Below are positions 48,509 to 59,594 of a DNA stretch of 64,000 nucleotides, in pieces. Numbering within the stretch: the stretch's first letter is position 1; every line of letters starts with the position of its first letter. The notes under the pieces were generated by a model, which was not told the DNA's origin, ran no database searches, and was given only the letters and a program-made list of their open reading frames with translations. The position numbers and the translations under genes are program-made. This stretch comes from Patescibacteria group bacterium (GTDB lineage Bacteria > Patescibacteriota > Saccharimonadia > Saccharimonadales > 2-12-FULL-41-12), in assembly GCA_038064875.1 (NCBI GenBank), contig JBBTSC010000001.1, forward strand, positions 55,369-119,368, read 5' to 3'.

Positions 48509-49657
48509 TCAGGGAGTTACTTTTACCGAGCCGATACTATCAACTAAGGTGACCCAAGTCTGCCCTGGGTTTAGTGTGATCGGTTTGCCGGCTGCGTCGG
48601 TAAATGTGTACTGTGATTTTGTATCAGGTTTGGACCACTGGCCTTGGGTAACTATGCCGTCTTGGAATACAAAGAGCGCACCGATACCCGTGGTGCGATA
48701 CTGCGAATAAATTCCTTGTGTTTTATAGTCCGTGGCGATAACGACTACAACTTTGGGGTTGAGCTGTGCGCCACTTCTGTGATCTGTGTGAGGTTTGCCA
48801 GCTTGTGAGCGTAGATATGAGTTACTGGCTTGGTTGTAATCAAAATGAGGGTTATACAAGAATCCAGACAGGTTGAGGTCAATTGCCTTAGCACTAGGGG
48901 TTGGGTTGGGTGTTTCTTTATCTTTCCTAGCAAATCCTTTTGCATTGCTGGTGTTGTAGCCTCTTGACGTGGCTGCCTGATTCAGAGCAGCGATTGATGT
49001 GTATAAGTTGTGTGGAGCATAGCGATCACTAACTCTAGTAAATGCACCGCCGTTAGCGCCGTGGTCAAGGTCTTTCAAGCCAACGTTTCTCAAATGTGCC
49101 AGTCCGTCTGCGCTACCACCTGCGTGTACAAAAATTGGGTCAAGCGGTGCTACAAATTCAACATAGTATGGCCTAACAGATCTGACTGGCCCAATATAAT
49201 CAGGCTGAGTCTCTAGAAAAGACGCATTGAATCGAGTTATCCCACCTTCGGCGATAGCTTCGTAGACGATGCCTGCGTCTTTTAGCCCTGCTTGTGGTCG
49301 AGCATCTGGGCTATTTTCTATCTGTATAGATATGACAGGTCTTTTATTGATATCCGGCGCGACTTGAACTCCCGTTAATTTAGAGGCTTCTGTGCTTGGC
49401 TTTGGTGCCTCAGGAGCTTTAGCTACTGGTGCTGGGCTAGCAGACTGTTTTGGCTTGTCGCTCTTGATAAGAAAGAACCAAATTAAAGCAAAAGCAACAA
49501 TTACCCCAAGTATCAGAGATAGTATTATAATCTTCTTTTTCTTTGGATCATCTGGGAGGAATTTGATTTTATTTTTTGGTGGGGTCTTTTGCCCAGGTAA
49601 TATTCTGGGCGCTATATCTTCTTGGTCTGAGCGAGTGTTAAAAACGTCTTTATCCAT
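48509..49657 (-). CDS. DUF3048 family membrane-anchored protein
   Basis: ENSPDARPQAGL, EGGITRF, GPVRSVR, APHNLY, PGQTW. Confidence 0.88.
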   Translation of the reverse strand: MDKDVFNTRSDQEDIAPRILPGQKTPPKNKIKFLPDDPKKKKIIILSLILGVIVAFALIWFFLIKSDKPKQSASPAPVAKAPEAPKPSTEASKLTGVQVAPDINKRPVISIQIENSPDARPQAGLKDAGIVYEAIAEGGITRFNASFLETQPDYIGPVRSVRPYYVEFVAPLDPIFVHAGGSADGLAHLRNVGLKDLDHGANGGAFTRVSDRYAPHNLYTSIAALNQAATSRGYNTSNAKGFARKDKETPNPTPSAKAIDLNLSGFLYNPHFDYNQASNSYLRSQAGKPHTDHRSGAQLNPKVVVVIATDYKTQGIYSQYRTTGIGALFVFQDGIVTQGQWSKPDTKSQYTFTDAAGKPITLNPGQTWVTLVDSIGSVKVTP

Positions 49658-49720
49658 ATTTATTTTACCGTAAGGTTATCTTGAGCTAATTTTATCATAA
49701 GCTTTTTAAGAAGTAAATGG

Positions 49721-51124
49721 CTAGAGAGCTTGGAGTTGCTGGTCTATTCTAGCTAGAACTTTTTCTTTGCCTAGGACGTGGAGTGAGCCTGTGAGTTCTG
49801 GGCTGGCAGGAGATTGGGTGGTGGCTATACGGATTAGGCTAAATAGCACAGCTGGTTTTTCACTTGTTGATTCTAGTAATTTGTTCAGTCTTTCTTTGAG
49901 GTCTTCAACTGAGAAATCACTCTGTTCTAGACTGTCTCTTGCTTTTTCCAGGAGCTCTTTTAGCTGAGGTGCTTCGTATTTTTTAAGCTGTTTGTGGCCA
50001 CTAATTAATCCTGGATTAACTGGTAGGTCTGCAAAGAAAAATCTTGTCAGTTCTGGAAGTTCTGCAAAATACTTAAGCCGTTCTTGAACTAGGGCAAGAA
50101 CTTCTTTTCTGTAGCTTTCGTCTGTCTTTTTCGCCTCTTCTGGCCAAAATATAGTCACTTTTTCATAGAGATCATTAAGCGATAAGTTACGGATGTGGGC
50201 ACCATTGATCCAGAGCAGACGACGTTCGTCGAACTGCGCCCCGCTTTTTTGAATTCTGCTAAGATCAAATTTTTTGATCAGCTCATTTACAGTAAATACT
50301 TCTTGCTCTGTTCCATCGTTCCAGCCTAATGTGGCTAGAAAGTTGATCATTGACTCTGGTAAATAACCTTCATCTCGGTAATCAAGGATATCTTTTGCCC
50401 CATCTCTCTTGCTGAGTTTTTTGTTACCCTGCTCGCTCATGATGTGTGGCATGGTCGCCATGACTGGTGGTTTAATCTCTAAAGCCTCGTATAGGTTTAG
50501 GTATTTAGGCACGCTGGCCAAGAATTCTTGACCACGTATTACATGGGTAACTTTCATCTCATGATCGTCGATAATATGGCAGAAGTTGTATGTTGGGAAT
50601 CCGTCAGATTTAAGTAGAATGAAGTCGTCAATTACTTCCTCGCCACTGTGGAGGTCGCCCATTACTTCGTCGTGCCAGCTATGTTCTTTTGGGTTTGATT
50701 TGAATCTGAGTGGTTTTGAGCCATCCCATACAGGCGGATTCTCTGGGCGGTGATTTCGATACAAAAATGGTTTCTTCTCTTTTTTAGCTTCTTCTCTGAA
50801 TTCTTGAACTTGCTCGGGTGTATATGGATCAGCATATGCTCTACCAGAATCTATCAGTTGCTGAGCATATTTCTTATATGTATCGAGACGTTTGCTTTGA
50901 AAGTACGGTCCTTCGTCCCAGTTGAGACCCAGCCACTTTAGGCTCTCCTGAATATGATCAACACTTCCCTGCACTTCGCGGGCTTGGTCTGTATCTTCTA
51001 TGCGTAGAATAAATGTACCGCCTGCTTGTCTGGCGATAAGCCATGCAAAAAGAGCTGTTCGGATGCCTCCAACATGCAAAAACCCTGTAGGGCTCGGCGC
51101 AAATCTAGTTCTTACATCACTCAT
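49721..51124 (-). CDS. gltX: Glutamate--tRNA ligase
   Basis: RFAPSPTGFLHVG, LRIEDTD, KLSKRDG. Confidence 0.97.
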   Translation of the reverse strand: MSDVRTRFAPSPTGFLHVGGIRTALFAWLIARQAGGTFILRIEDTDQAREVQGSVDHIQESLKWLGLNWDEGPYFQSKRLDTYKKYAQQLIDSGRAYADPYTPEQVQEFREEAKKEKKPFLYRNHRPENPPVWDGSKPLRFKSNPKEHSWHDEVMGDLHSGEEVIDDFILLKSDGFPTYNFCHIIDDHEMKVTHVIRGQEFLASVPKYLNLYEALEIKPPVMATMPHIMSEQGNKKLSKRDGAKDILDYRDEGYLPESMINFLATLGWNDGTEQEVFTVNELIKKFDLSRIQKSGAQFDERRLLWINGAHIRNLSLNDLYEKVTIFWPEEAKKTDESYRKEVLALVQERLKYFAELPELTRFFFADLPVNPGLISGHKQLKKYEAPQLKELLEKARDSLEQSDFSVEDLKERLNKLLESTSEKPAVLFSLIRIATTQSPASPELTGSLHVLGKEKVLARIDQQLQAL

Positions 51125-51177
51125 TAACGATAATTATAACAGATAGAACGGACGGTTTGTCGAATTGTCGAGATCTT

Positions 51178-53259
51178 TTAATTATCTTCCGGAGAGTCTT
51201 TTTGGGGGTATGTATCTTTTATTGTCTGCTCAGCTTGTTTCCGGTATTCTCTAGGGAGAGAATCGACTACTTCTTTGAGGTAGCTTTTGCCCGCTCTTTT
51301 TTCGTTCACTAAACTTACTATTGTCTCAACGATATTCTTATAAGCATCATGTGCATCATGTGCTGGTTGTTTGAGGCTCATTGTCGCCGCAGATAGCATA
51401 TGATCGGCTAGACCAATTGCGAATCCAAGTAGCGCCTTTTGGGCTGGGTATGCTGGGTATTTCCCGATAAGTGCAGTTGCTTGCTCCACACTTCTAGGGT
51501 TTGGAGTCTTTTCGCTACCAAGTATTTTGAATACAAGCTTGAGGCTATCGTAGTCACTAGCAACTAGGTCTACAACAGAACTCGCTAGTCTGCCCTTAAA
51601 TTCTTGGTCTCTAGGTAGATTATCGATATCCATATCTGCTAGTCTTTCGCCGATAAGTCGATCTTTATTTGGTGTTCCTTTTGGCAGAAATTCCTTCATA
51701 TCACGAGCAACTTCTATGATTTTACTAAGACTGGATTGTTGCTTTGGTATAGATTTTGCAGCCTGGATAGCTAAGTCATAAATCTCTAGTGCTTTTTCAG
51801 GAGATTCGGTGTTATTAGCCAGAGTGCGGGCACGATCAGATATGTTCGCATAACTAATGTTTAGCTGGGTTTCCGTGTTCCAATGTCTCCCCATACTACC
51901 TAAGGCTTGGGTGGCATCGCGCAAACAAGTAAGTGCAATAACTTCACCTTCGTCTCCAGGTAAATGATCTTCAGCTATATGAGAGATATTAATTAAGAAG
52001 TCCGCCTTCCTAGATTTTAAGTCTGTACTTTGCGTTCTTGTGCTGTCTTCATATTCGGTGTTCATGTGTTTTGCTAAACTCCAAGCGTTAGTGATGATCG
52101 CCTTCTTCCGGACAACAGCTAGATCTTTCTCAACCAGGTTCTTTAGAGTTGTTAGAGTATCTCTTGTATCAGTTGAATTACCAACTTCGGTGATAATCTT
52201 AGTTGCTTGGTTGACGAGCTTACTAACAAGACCATTTCCGTCGTTTTCTTTTGGTAGTAATGTAGCCGAATCAGCTATCTTTAGTAGTAGTGTTGCCTTA
52301 TCGGCCGTATCAGCCATGTCTTTCGTAAGATGAAATGCATCGTAGAGAGTTCTCTGCAGGAATTCTCTGGTTTTATCACTAGGTTCGTTGATCTCTTGTG
52401 TGCCATCTATCATGTCTGACAGAGCTTCAAAAGCAATAGTGGTTGATTCTTTGATCTCTGGGTGCTTAGCAATATCTCTTGCTAATTTCCCAGTGATACC
52501 TAGCATATCCAAAATTTCTTTTTCTGATCTGCCTTTTGCACTTTCGGATTTTACGGAGCTATGTATGTCTCTGAACATTTCTCTTATAGCTTCTAATTTT
52601 TCTTCAGGATCACTTATCTGTAGACATGCTTGTTGCGCGTCTTCAAGAGTTGACTGTATCCTTGAAGGCTTATTAGGGCTGTCATCAGTTATCTCGAAAT
52701 GCACGCAAGCTAAGTCAGTTAGTCCTTCCGCTTTCAATTTAGGGTCTTTTATATCGTTCGCGATATCTATAGTTTGCCCTAGTATCGGTAATGCCTGCAT
52801 GGTAGAAAATTCCTCTGGAAGGTCGTTATGAAAACTGTCTAAAGTTTCTATAATGGCACGTACTTTTGAAGTTTTGTCAGTAATAGCCATAGCAGACTTT
52901 AGTGCTAGTCTTTTAGCTATCCCAATATTTTCTGGAATGTGAGTTTTGATGGCACTGAGATTTTCAACAATAGATATGTTAATACGCCAGAAATAATCAT
53001 CATAATTATCAGTTTGTTCGTCACCTTTTTGTTCTTCTGGTAAGTGGGCTCGGAGCTCTACTGCTTCACCAAAAGCACTGTCTAGCTTAGATAGAAGGTC
53101 GTTTGTGTCCTGCCAAGTTTGCATGCTTGGTTCAAGAGCACCCATTTCATCGAACACTACACCCGCTGCTCTAACTATAGCGCCATTACCAAATAGAAGT
53201 CTGGCTTTGATATCAAAGTCAGGATTTTCAGGACTAGTAAGCGTGGCACTACCTTCCAT
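51178..53259 (-). CDS. Hypothetical alpha-helical repeat protein
   Basis: 693 aa; recurring A..I.D...K...L..I units. Confidence 0.65.
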   Translation of the reverse strand: MEGSATLTSPENPDFDIKARLLFGNGAIVRAAGVVFDEMGALEPSMQTWQDTNDLLSKLDSAFGEAVELRAHLPEEQKGDEQTDNYDDYFWRINISIVENLSAIKTHIPENIGIAKRLALKSAMAITDKTSKVRAIIETLDSFHNDLPEEFSTMQALPILGQTIDIANDIKDPKLKAEGLTDLACVHFEITDDSPNKPSRIQSTLEDAQQACLQISDPEEKLEAIREMFRDIHSSVKSESAKGRSEKEILDMLGITGKLARDIAKHPEIKESTTIAFEALSDMIDGTQEINEPSDKTREFLQRTLYDAFHLTKDMADTADKATLLLKIADSATLLPKENDGNGLVSKLVNQATKIITEVGNSTDTRDTLTTLKNLVEKDLAVVRKKAIITNAWSLAKHMNTEYEDSTRTQSTDLKSRKADFLINISHIAEDHLPGDEGEVIALTCLRDATQALGSMGRHWNTETQLNISYANISDRARTLANNTESPEKALEIYDLAIQAAKSIPKQQSSLSKIIEVARDMKEFLPKGTPNKDRLIGERLADMDIDNLPRDQEFKGRLASSVVDLVASDYDSLKLVFKILGSEKTPNPRSVEQATALIGKYPAYPAQKALLGFAIGLADHMLSAATMSLKQPAHDAHDAYKNIVETIVSLVNEKRAGKSYLKEVVDSLPREYRKQAEQTIKDTYPQKDSPEDN

Positions 53260-53319
53260 AATTAGCTATAGTATTGCACAAAAATATAAAATCGTCAACT
53301 AGATGTCTTGACTAAATTT

Positions 53320-54372
53320 CTATAGGCTTTCGGCGATTTTGAGGAGTTGATCAGCGCCAAGGCTGGTCCCGCCTTCGATACTGTAGAGGATTCCTCCGTC
53401 TACCCAGACAGCGCTATTATTCTCGTAGACATACACGGTCTTGCCGTTTTGTTGGTATGTCTGGAAAGGCTTTGATGATGCGAGCACTTGGTTATTGAGT
53501 AATGACTGGCTGGACCAATTGCTGGCTTGCTGAGTTAGCTTGTAGTTAGAATCATTTGAATTTGATTTGTAGGTTAGGGTTACTTTGCCTGGTTCAGCCT
53601 TGATCGGTCCGGCTATACCAAAACCTGTCGGTTGGTAAGCTGGCAAACTGGCAGGAATACTAGCCTGCAAACTGGCCATTTTGACTTTCACAGCAGGTAC
53701 TGCCTGATAGACGCCAATAACGAATGCTGACAACAAGACGACACTTGTCAGAGAAGTTCTTGCTCTCGATCCAAAAGGATGGAAAATCTTCTTGATGCGA
53801 CTGGCTGGTGATTCGATTGCTTGAAGCTCGTGGATATGGCTAGAAGCGTCTTTGATAGCTTCTTCGAATGGATCAACGACACGGGCTTTAAACTTGTCTT
53901 CGAGCTCTTGTATGGTCAGTGGAGGCGCACTGTGTATGTGGTCTTCAGGTTTTTTCACTGTGACATTGGCGTGGACTTTCTTTACAGGAGGGGTTTCGGC
54001 GCTTGTCGAGTGTTTGTGAAATTTCTTTATCATCTCACTTCTACCAGTAGCATGGCCTGATTTTGCTATAAATTCACCTGGTTTTGCTTTGTGTGTGCTT
54101 GTGACATGCTGAGTTGATGGCTTACCAATGCTTCGAATTAAAGTATTTGACCTTTCGGGACGACGTGCTGTGTGGTTGATTTTAGCCTTACTAACTCGAT
54201 GTTGGTGAGATATGGTGTTGGTGGTGTTCACTGCTTTGCCGACAAAGCCGTCAATTTTATCTCCGCTTTGGACTTCAATCTTTACAGGACGCGGATTACT
54301 GCCCAAGACCTGACCACTTTTCATGTTATAAATTTTACCGTTGATCTCTACCGTTGATCGTGCGTCACTCAT
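53320..54372 (-). CDS. Membrane-anchored hypothetical protein (DUF4367-like C-terminus)
   Basis: Basic disordered N-terminus, one TM, then P.Y.P.GF...WVDGGILYSIEG...LLKIAESL. Confidence 0.65.
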   Translation of the reverse strand: MSDARSTVEINGKIYNMKSGQVLGSNPRPVKIEVQSGDKIDGFVGKAVNTTNTISHQHRVSKAKINHTARRPERSNTLIRSIGKPSTQHVTSTHKAKPGEFIAKSGHATGRSEMIKKFHKHSTSAETPPVKKVHANVTVKKPEDHIHSAPPLTIQELEDKFKARVVDPFEEAIKDASSHIHELQAIESPASRIKKIFHPFGSRARTSLTSVVLLSAFVIGVYQAVPAVKVKMASLQASIPASLPAYQPTGFGIAGPIKAEPGKVTLTYKSNSNDSNYKLTQQASNWSSQSLLNNQVLASSKPFQTYQQNGKTVYVYENNSAVWVDGGILYSIEGGTSLGADQLLKIAESL

Positions 54373-54520
54373 TTTTTATTTTTCTTTCAAATATTTTAGA
54401 TACTCTTATCATATAATTTTGCTAAGGTCCATGTCAAACTCTTTTAAGCACCTTATTATTATCTGAAATCCTTGAAATATGCCGAAAAGTGCGAAAGCCT
54501 TATGTGGTAAGATAACAGTT

Positions 54521-56020
54521 ATGGAATTTCTCGATCCGGAATATAAAAGACGCCACAATATAATACTTGTCTTGGGTCAAGGGCTCGTCGGGATTGCGGT
54601 TGTTACGGCCGCCTTGCTACTAGTCCTCAAGGCATATGGTTTTGACTTAGACCGTAAAACAGGTGAAGTTATTCAAAGTGGCCTCGTATACGTTGACAGT
54701 GCTCCAGACAAGGCGAATATTCGAATAAATGGCAATATTCACTCAGATAAGACAAACACTCGGTTTACTTTGCCAAGCGGTAGCTATAACCTACAGCTTG
54801 AGAAAGAAAATTACAGAACTTGGCAGAGACAATTTGACTTAGAAGGTAGTGCTGTTGAGCGATTTACCTACCCAATGCTGATACCAAAAGATCTAAAGCC
54901 AGCAGTTGTGGATTCAAGTACCACTATGAACTTTCTGTTCAGCCAAAGTCCGGATCGTAAATGGCTCGTTGTGAGTGAGAATTCAGAGCTCACTTCCCTA
55001 AAAGACTATAATTTAACTGATTTGACGGAAAATAAGTTACCAAAATCTCGTTCTTTTGCTCTTCCTGCTGGAATATTCGAAAAAGCTACATCAACTAACC
55101 AATTTGAGGTGATAGAATGGTCCAACAATAATGCCAACTTCTTAGTAAAACATACCTTTGACGGTAAGATAGAATACGCTCTTTTAAATAGAGACGAACC
55201 CGCCAAATCCTTTAACCTTAAAACTGTCGGTACTATTGACGGCGAAGTCAGCCTGCTTGATAAAAGTGCGGATAAATTACTGGTATTTAACAAGACTTCC
55301 GGCGTGCTGAACCTCATAAATGTCAAAGATAAAAAGACTACTCAACTTCTAACCGGAGTATTGAGCTTTAAGTCCCACGGTGACGATAAGATATTGTTCA
55401 CCCGGGTTAGTCCGAGCGATAAGACCAAAGCCAGAGTTGCTCTGCTGGACAACAATAAGTCGTACGATGTTCGTGAAATACCTATTAGCAGTAATCTTCC
55501 TGTAGATATCGCGACATTTCATAGCAAGTGGTACTTGATTATTGGGTCAGAAAAAGAGAGCAAAACATATATATACGAAGACTTTGTTGATAAATTCAAG
55601 AACGATCCACTCAAGACAGTTAGCCCTATTCGAGTTACAAAAAATAATATTACAACTCCTCTAAAAATATCTTTTTCTAAAAATACGCGCTTTATATCTT
55701 CTTTTAGTGGTAGTGAAATATCAATTTATGACATTGAGGACAAGAGAAGCTATCGTTATGATTTAAAGGTTCAATTGCCTGAGGCTGAGTCCCCTGTCTG
55801 GATGGACGGACACAGGGTTATTTTGTCTGGCACAGGCCAGGCTGTAGTTCTCGACTTCGATGGATCAAATAAGCAGACGCTAACTCCAATTCCTAGCAAC
55901 AAGAACATATTTTTTGATAGAGATTATGAGCGGTATTATACTGTGACTTCAAATCAGTTAGAGCCTACGAAAATTGATCTCAAATCAATACCGCTCCGCG
56001 CCGGCGATGACCTTAGATAA
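54521..56020 (+). CDS. PEGA domain protein
   Basis: TM segment; G...DSAP..A.I..NG; L..G.Y...LEKENY..W. Confidence 0.85.
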   Translation: MEFLDPEYKRRHNIILVLGQGLVGIAVVTAALLLVLKAYGFDLDRKTGEVIQSGLVYVDSAPDKANIRINGNIHSDKTNTRFTLPSGSYNLQLEKENYRTWQRQFDLEGSAVERFTYPMLIPKDLKPAVVDSSTTMNFLFSQSPDRKWLVVSENSELTSLKDYNLTDLTENKLPKSRSFALPAGIFEKATSTNQFEVIEWSNNNANFLVKHTFDGKIEYALLNRDEPAKSFNLKTVGTIDGEVSLLDKSADKLLVFNKTSGVLNLINVKDKKTTQLLTGVLSFKSHGDDKILFTRVSPSDKTKARVALLDNNKSYDVREIPISSNLPVDIATFHSKWYLIIGSEKESKTYIYEDFVDKFKNDPLKTVSPIRVTKNNITTPLKISFSKNTRFISSFSGSEISIYDIEDKRSYRYDLKVQLPEAESPVWMDGHRVILSGTGQAVVLDFDGSNKQTLTPIPSNKNIFFDRDYERYYTVTSNQLEPTKIDLKSIPLRAGDDLR

Positions 56021-56023
56021 ATA

Positions 56024-57226
56024 CTAGAACCAGTCTTTGATTCTTTGCCATAGGCTCGGGCTATTGCTCGGTAGGACCTTTGGCTCCCCTGTTTGGCTAG
56101 ATATACTACTTTCCTTGTTGGTGGCTGGGTCTGGGAAGATTTGCTCGCCGACTATTATGAGACGATTTGTCGACATGCCAGGCGGGTCACAGGTAACTAA
56201 AGTCATAGTAGAAGGTCGGTCTCTTGCTCCTAAAATACCTATGTCTGTCGGTGGTGTTATGTACTTTTGGTAGACCTTGTAGACGTATCGTTTGCCGTCT
56301 TTGTCTACGATGAATGTGTCATCTTTCTCTAAGCTTTTTAACAGTATAAAAGCAAATTTGTATTTTCCGCTATTGAGGATATTTCCACTACTGTGACCAA
56401 AGATAACTGCGTTACCTTTTTCTCCTGGGTTTACGGTTGTCGCGTAGTGCACCACTCCTCTCTCCAGAGCCTTCTGAACAGCTTTTTCTTCTATAGATGG
56501 CTCATCATATACGACAGGCGCCTCAACATTTATTTTTGGAATAATTATCTTGGGTTCTGGTCCAGCCGCGGTACCTGCTCCGTTAGGATTAACTATTATT
56601 GGTGATGCACTGACATTTGTACTTGGTCGTATGAGCGGTGTGATAAATCTTTCGTTAAAGAAGCTGAAGAGTAGTATTAATATGACAAGGCTTCCCATAG
56701 AAAATCCGAATATAAGAGAACGAACGTGATGGTTATTTGTTATTGGTTTGGCTCGAGATTGGACGCGGTTGAGAAGATCTTTTTTAACAGAGACTTGACT
56801 GTTGTTGCCATAAATTCTAGTTGGTTGATGGGCGGGATGCGTAGGTTCTTTCGGATGGTCTGATTCTGCCGGTGTCTGGTGTCTCTCTACTTCGGGCTTT
56901 GGCTTGTTCTTTTGCTGTTCGTGGTGCCGATAGAACTCGTTCCAGACTTGCCTCTTTTGATCATCAGGAAGATCACTGTAGTATTGGTGCCATTTTGTTT
57001 GGATCTCGTGGAGGCTTAGCCCAGACTTTGAGAGTTGATCCATATAGTGCTGATGTTTGGACATCTTGCCACTTGGTAGTGCCTCTACCTCCTTTATTTC
57101 CTCTTTGGCGCTAGGCTCTTTGCCATATAGTTTGTCGAGTTTTTTACGGATTATCTCTGCGGCAAGTTCTGGATTATTTCCGTCCCCGAGTTCGTCGATA
57201 GGTGTTTTTTTTGTTGGGTCATTCAT
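56024..57226 (-). CDS. Sortase with an N-terminal cytoplasmic extension
   Basis: IFGHSS, TLVTC, NRLII catalytic motifs. Confidence 0.92.
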   Translation of the reverse strand: MNDPTKKTPIDELGDGNNPELAAEIIRKKLDKLYGKEPSAKEEIKEVEALPSGKMSKHQHYMDQLSKSGLSLHEIQTKWHQYYSDLPDDQKRQVWNEFYRHHEQQKNKPKPEVERHQTPAESDHPKEPTHPAHQPTRIYGNNSQVSVKKDLLNRVQSRAKPITNNHHVRSLIFGFSMGSLVILILLFSFFNERFITPLIRPSTNVSASPIIVNPNGAGTAAGPEPKIIIPKINVEAPVVYDEPSIEEKAVQKALERGVVHYATTVNPGEKGNAVIFGHSSGNILNSGKYKFAFILLKSLEKDDTFIVDKDGKRYVYKVYQKYITPPTDIGILGARDRPSTMTLVTCDPPGMSTNRLIIVGEQIFPDPATNKESSISSQTGEPKVLPSNSPSLWQRIKDWF

Positions 57227-57299
57227 AAGCGTTTATCTATGATCATTATATTACATCTGTCATTTTTGACATAGGATTGATATAATTATATCGAGTTTA

Positions 57300-57384
57300 G
57301 CCGGAGTGGCGGAATTGGTATACGCGTGCGACTCAAAATCGCATTCCTTCGGGATTGAGGGTTCGAGTCCCTCCTCCGGCACCA
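57300..57384 (+). tRNA. tRNA-Leu(CAA)
   Basis: GCCGGAG/CTCCGGC acceptor stem; TGCGA-CTCAAAA-TCGCA anticodon arm; long variable arm; GTTCGAG T-loop; encoded CCA. Confidence 0.96.
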
Positions 57385-57392
57385 AATTTATT

Positions 57393-57800
57393 ATGAATAT
57401 TTATTTTGCTGGTTCTATTCGTGGTGGTCGACAAGATATCGAACTTTACCAGGAGATAATTGATCTGCTGGTAAAGCATGGCAAAGTTCTGACAGAACAT
57501 GTTGGTGATAGTGATCTCAATATTACAGAATCTGGCTGGAGCCAAGAAAAGATATATAACTATGATATGGACATGCTCCGCAGGTCTGAAGTTATGGTCG
57601 CGGAAGTATCGACTCCTAGCCTCGGAGTTGGCTATGAGATTGCTAGATTTGAGGGCAAACCAATCCTCTGCCTCGTTAAAGAAAGTGTTGGTAATAATCT
57701 GTCATCCATGATTGCCGGTAATCCCAACTTAACAATTTTTAAGTACAAAAATATTGAGGATATCCAAAAAATAATAGAAGATTACTTCACGAATTTATAA
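57393..57800 (+). CDS. Nucleoside 2-deoxyribosyltransferase / DNPH1(Rcl)-like protein
   Basis: IYFAGSIRGG, EVSTPSLGVGYE, SSMIAG. Confidence 0.9.
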   Translation: MNIYFAGSIRGGRQDIELYQEIIDLLVKHGKVLTEHVGDSDLNITESGWSQEKIYNYDMDMLRRSEVMVAEVSTPSLGVGYEIARFEGKPILCLVKESVGNNLSSMIAGNPNLTIFKYKNIEDIQKIIEDYFTNL

Positions 57801-58563
57801 AAGTAGATGTGATTGTTCTGAGTGGGTTTTTGTTATTCCAAGATAACCACTTCGTGATTTCAACAATAACTTCAGTAATTTCTCTCGGAGTTTTTGAGTA
57901 AATAACTTCTCCGCTTTTGGCACACCAAATAGTATTATCATCAGATATAACCAAGGTTGCTGAATACTTTTTTGTGATCATTTCTAAGTATTCTATTTTC
58001 TGAGCAAATCCAAGGTTTGAGGTAAAAGCCTTCTCAAATTTGATGCTCTTTCCTAGCTTGGTTAATGCGCTGGTATCTATGCATAGGGTAATATTGTTTT
58101 TTGACAGTAGTTTCTCTAGATAGTTCTCCGCAAAGCAGTCGAGCGCAGATTTAGTTATTACTATCTGAGTCTTAGAGCTATCAGCTACATTTTCAATAAA
58201 CTGCTGTGTCTCATTACTACGGCCAGTTTCTCCTGACATCAGGCAGGTATTAGCTCCATTGATAATCCTTATGATCTGGTCTGAGGATTCTTTGATGAAG
58301 TAGCCACCTGTTTTGTGGCTTTCTGCGAATATAATGTTGTTGTCTTTAGTCCCAACAAGCCTGCTTAGGTAATCTGGCAGAATTAAACTAAGCTTGATGC
58401 CAGTTATATTTTTTAACTCCTGGTAGTATCTGGAAGTGTCGGCAAAGTGATCTTTACTTCCACCTAAGATAACCACTTTGCTCGCCTGTCGATTATTTTC
58501 AGGACGAGACCAGATGATATCCTCAAATTCTTTCGGATCTACTTTGTCTATATTAGTAACCAC
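57787..58563 (-). CDS. Degenerate NnrD / carbohydrate-kinase-fold protein
   Basis: WSRPEN...KV.ILGGS N-terminus; the usual HPGE and GTGD motifs are absent. Confidence 0.5.
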   Translation of the reverse strand: MVTNIDKVDPKEFEDIIWSRPENNRQASKVVILGGSKDHFADTSRYYQELKNITGIKLSLILPDYLSRLVGTKDNNIIFAESHKTGGYFIKESSDQIIRIINGANTCLMSGETGRSNETQQFIENVADSSKTQIVITKSALDCFAENYLEKLLSKNNITLCIDTSALTKLGKSIKFEKAFTSNLGFAQKIEYLEMITKKYSATLVISDDNTIWCAKSGEVIYSKTPREITEVIVEITKWLSWNNKNPLRTITSTFINS

Positions 58564-58582
58564 CTCTTGATTATATCGTAGA

Positions 58583-59548
58583 CTAGTTGTTTTTTATGAA
58601 GAAGCTAGCTTTTTGCTCACCAAAGCGTTGCCACATAGTAACAAGCTGAGGATTTACTTCTAACGCGTGTAGGGCTCTTGATTTGGCACGTGCTACTGCA
58701 AGTGTGGCATTTGCAACACGAGAGCTTACTCCGCCTGGGGCAAATGCTCCATTATTGGTAAGTTCTCGATAGTTCTCAGGAGTTATAACTATGCGTCCGC
58801 CGATAGAAAGTTCTACACCTCCTTCTTCAGGTTCGCGCAGACTATGTAGTATATTTGCAAGATCCAGAAAAGGAGTGCCATCACCTTCCGTCAGCCACTT
58901 TAGAGTTTCTGAAGATTGAGCAAAGACATTTTCTGCCATTAACTCTACTTTCTCTGCATCTTTTGGCCTAAGTCCAGAAATTGACCGTGTGTAATAGTTG
59001 GCAATTGACATCCCTGGATGTGGTACGGGAAAGTTTGCCTCCCCTACGCTTAAATTCCAAGTCTGCATGGCGGATGGATTAAAAGCTACTTGAAATGGGA
59101 ACAATGCTTTGTAGGCCTCTGAACCTTCACTGGTGCCCGTAACGTATCTATCTGACAGAAAAGTTTTCATAGCTGATAGACCAAATGGGTTTTTCATCTG
59201 AGCTTCAAGTTGGCTAACTTCTTTCAACCCAAATACGGAGATCTCAAGTTCATCACCAATTACCTGCTCTGCAAATTCTTCAACCTCCGCTACCTCGCGT
59301 CTGTCAGCAGACATTACGAGTACATCTAAATCTCTTTTGTTGCCATCGTCTCGAAATTGTGGCAAGTGAAGGTCTGTGGGTGCGGTAATTGCCCTACCTT
59401 CAAAGTCTATTTGAAGTCCCGGATGAGCTAAGGCTGCGGAACCTACCCCACCGATTAATTGGATCTCAATTTCAGGAAATTCAGCTACTTTTTGAACAAA
59501 AGGTTCAATTATCTCAATACAATTTTTGCTAGCAACACTACTACTCAT
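58583..59548 (-). CDS. Nucleotidyltransferase-like hypothetical protein
   Basis: LIGGVGS ... RDLDVL ... LRPKD. Confidence 0.55.
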   Translation of the reverse strand: MSSSVASKNCIEIIEPFVQKVAEFPEIEIQLIGGVGSAALAHPGLQIDFEGRAITAPTDLHLPQFRDDGNKRDLDVLVMSADRREVAEVEEFAEQVIGDELEISVFGLKEVSQLEAQMKNPFGLSAMKTFLSDRYVTGTSEGSEAYKALFPFQVAFNPSAMQTWNLSVGEANFPVPHPGMSIANYYTRSISGLRPKDAEKVELMAENVFAQSSETLKWLTEGDGTPFLDLANILHSLREPEEGGVELSIGGRIVITPENYRELTNNGAFAPGGVSSRVANATLAVARAKSRALHALEVNPQLVTMWQRFGEQKASFFIKNN

Positions 59549-59594
59549 AATTTGCTATTATCTGCTTTTATGATCTGATTTGCAAGCATAAGCT

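Noticed and set aside
57306-57392. N-terminal extension of ORF 57306..57800
   Set aside because: It overlaps tRNA-Leu; the real start is the ATG at 57393
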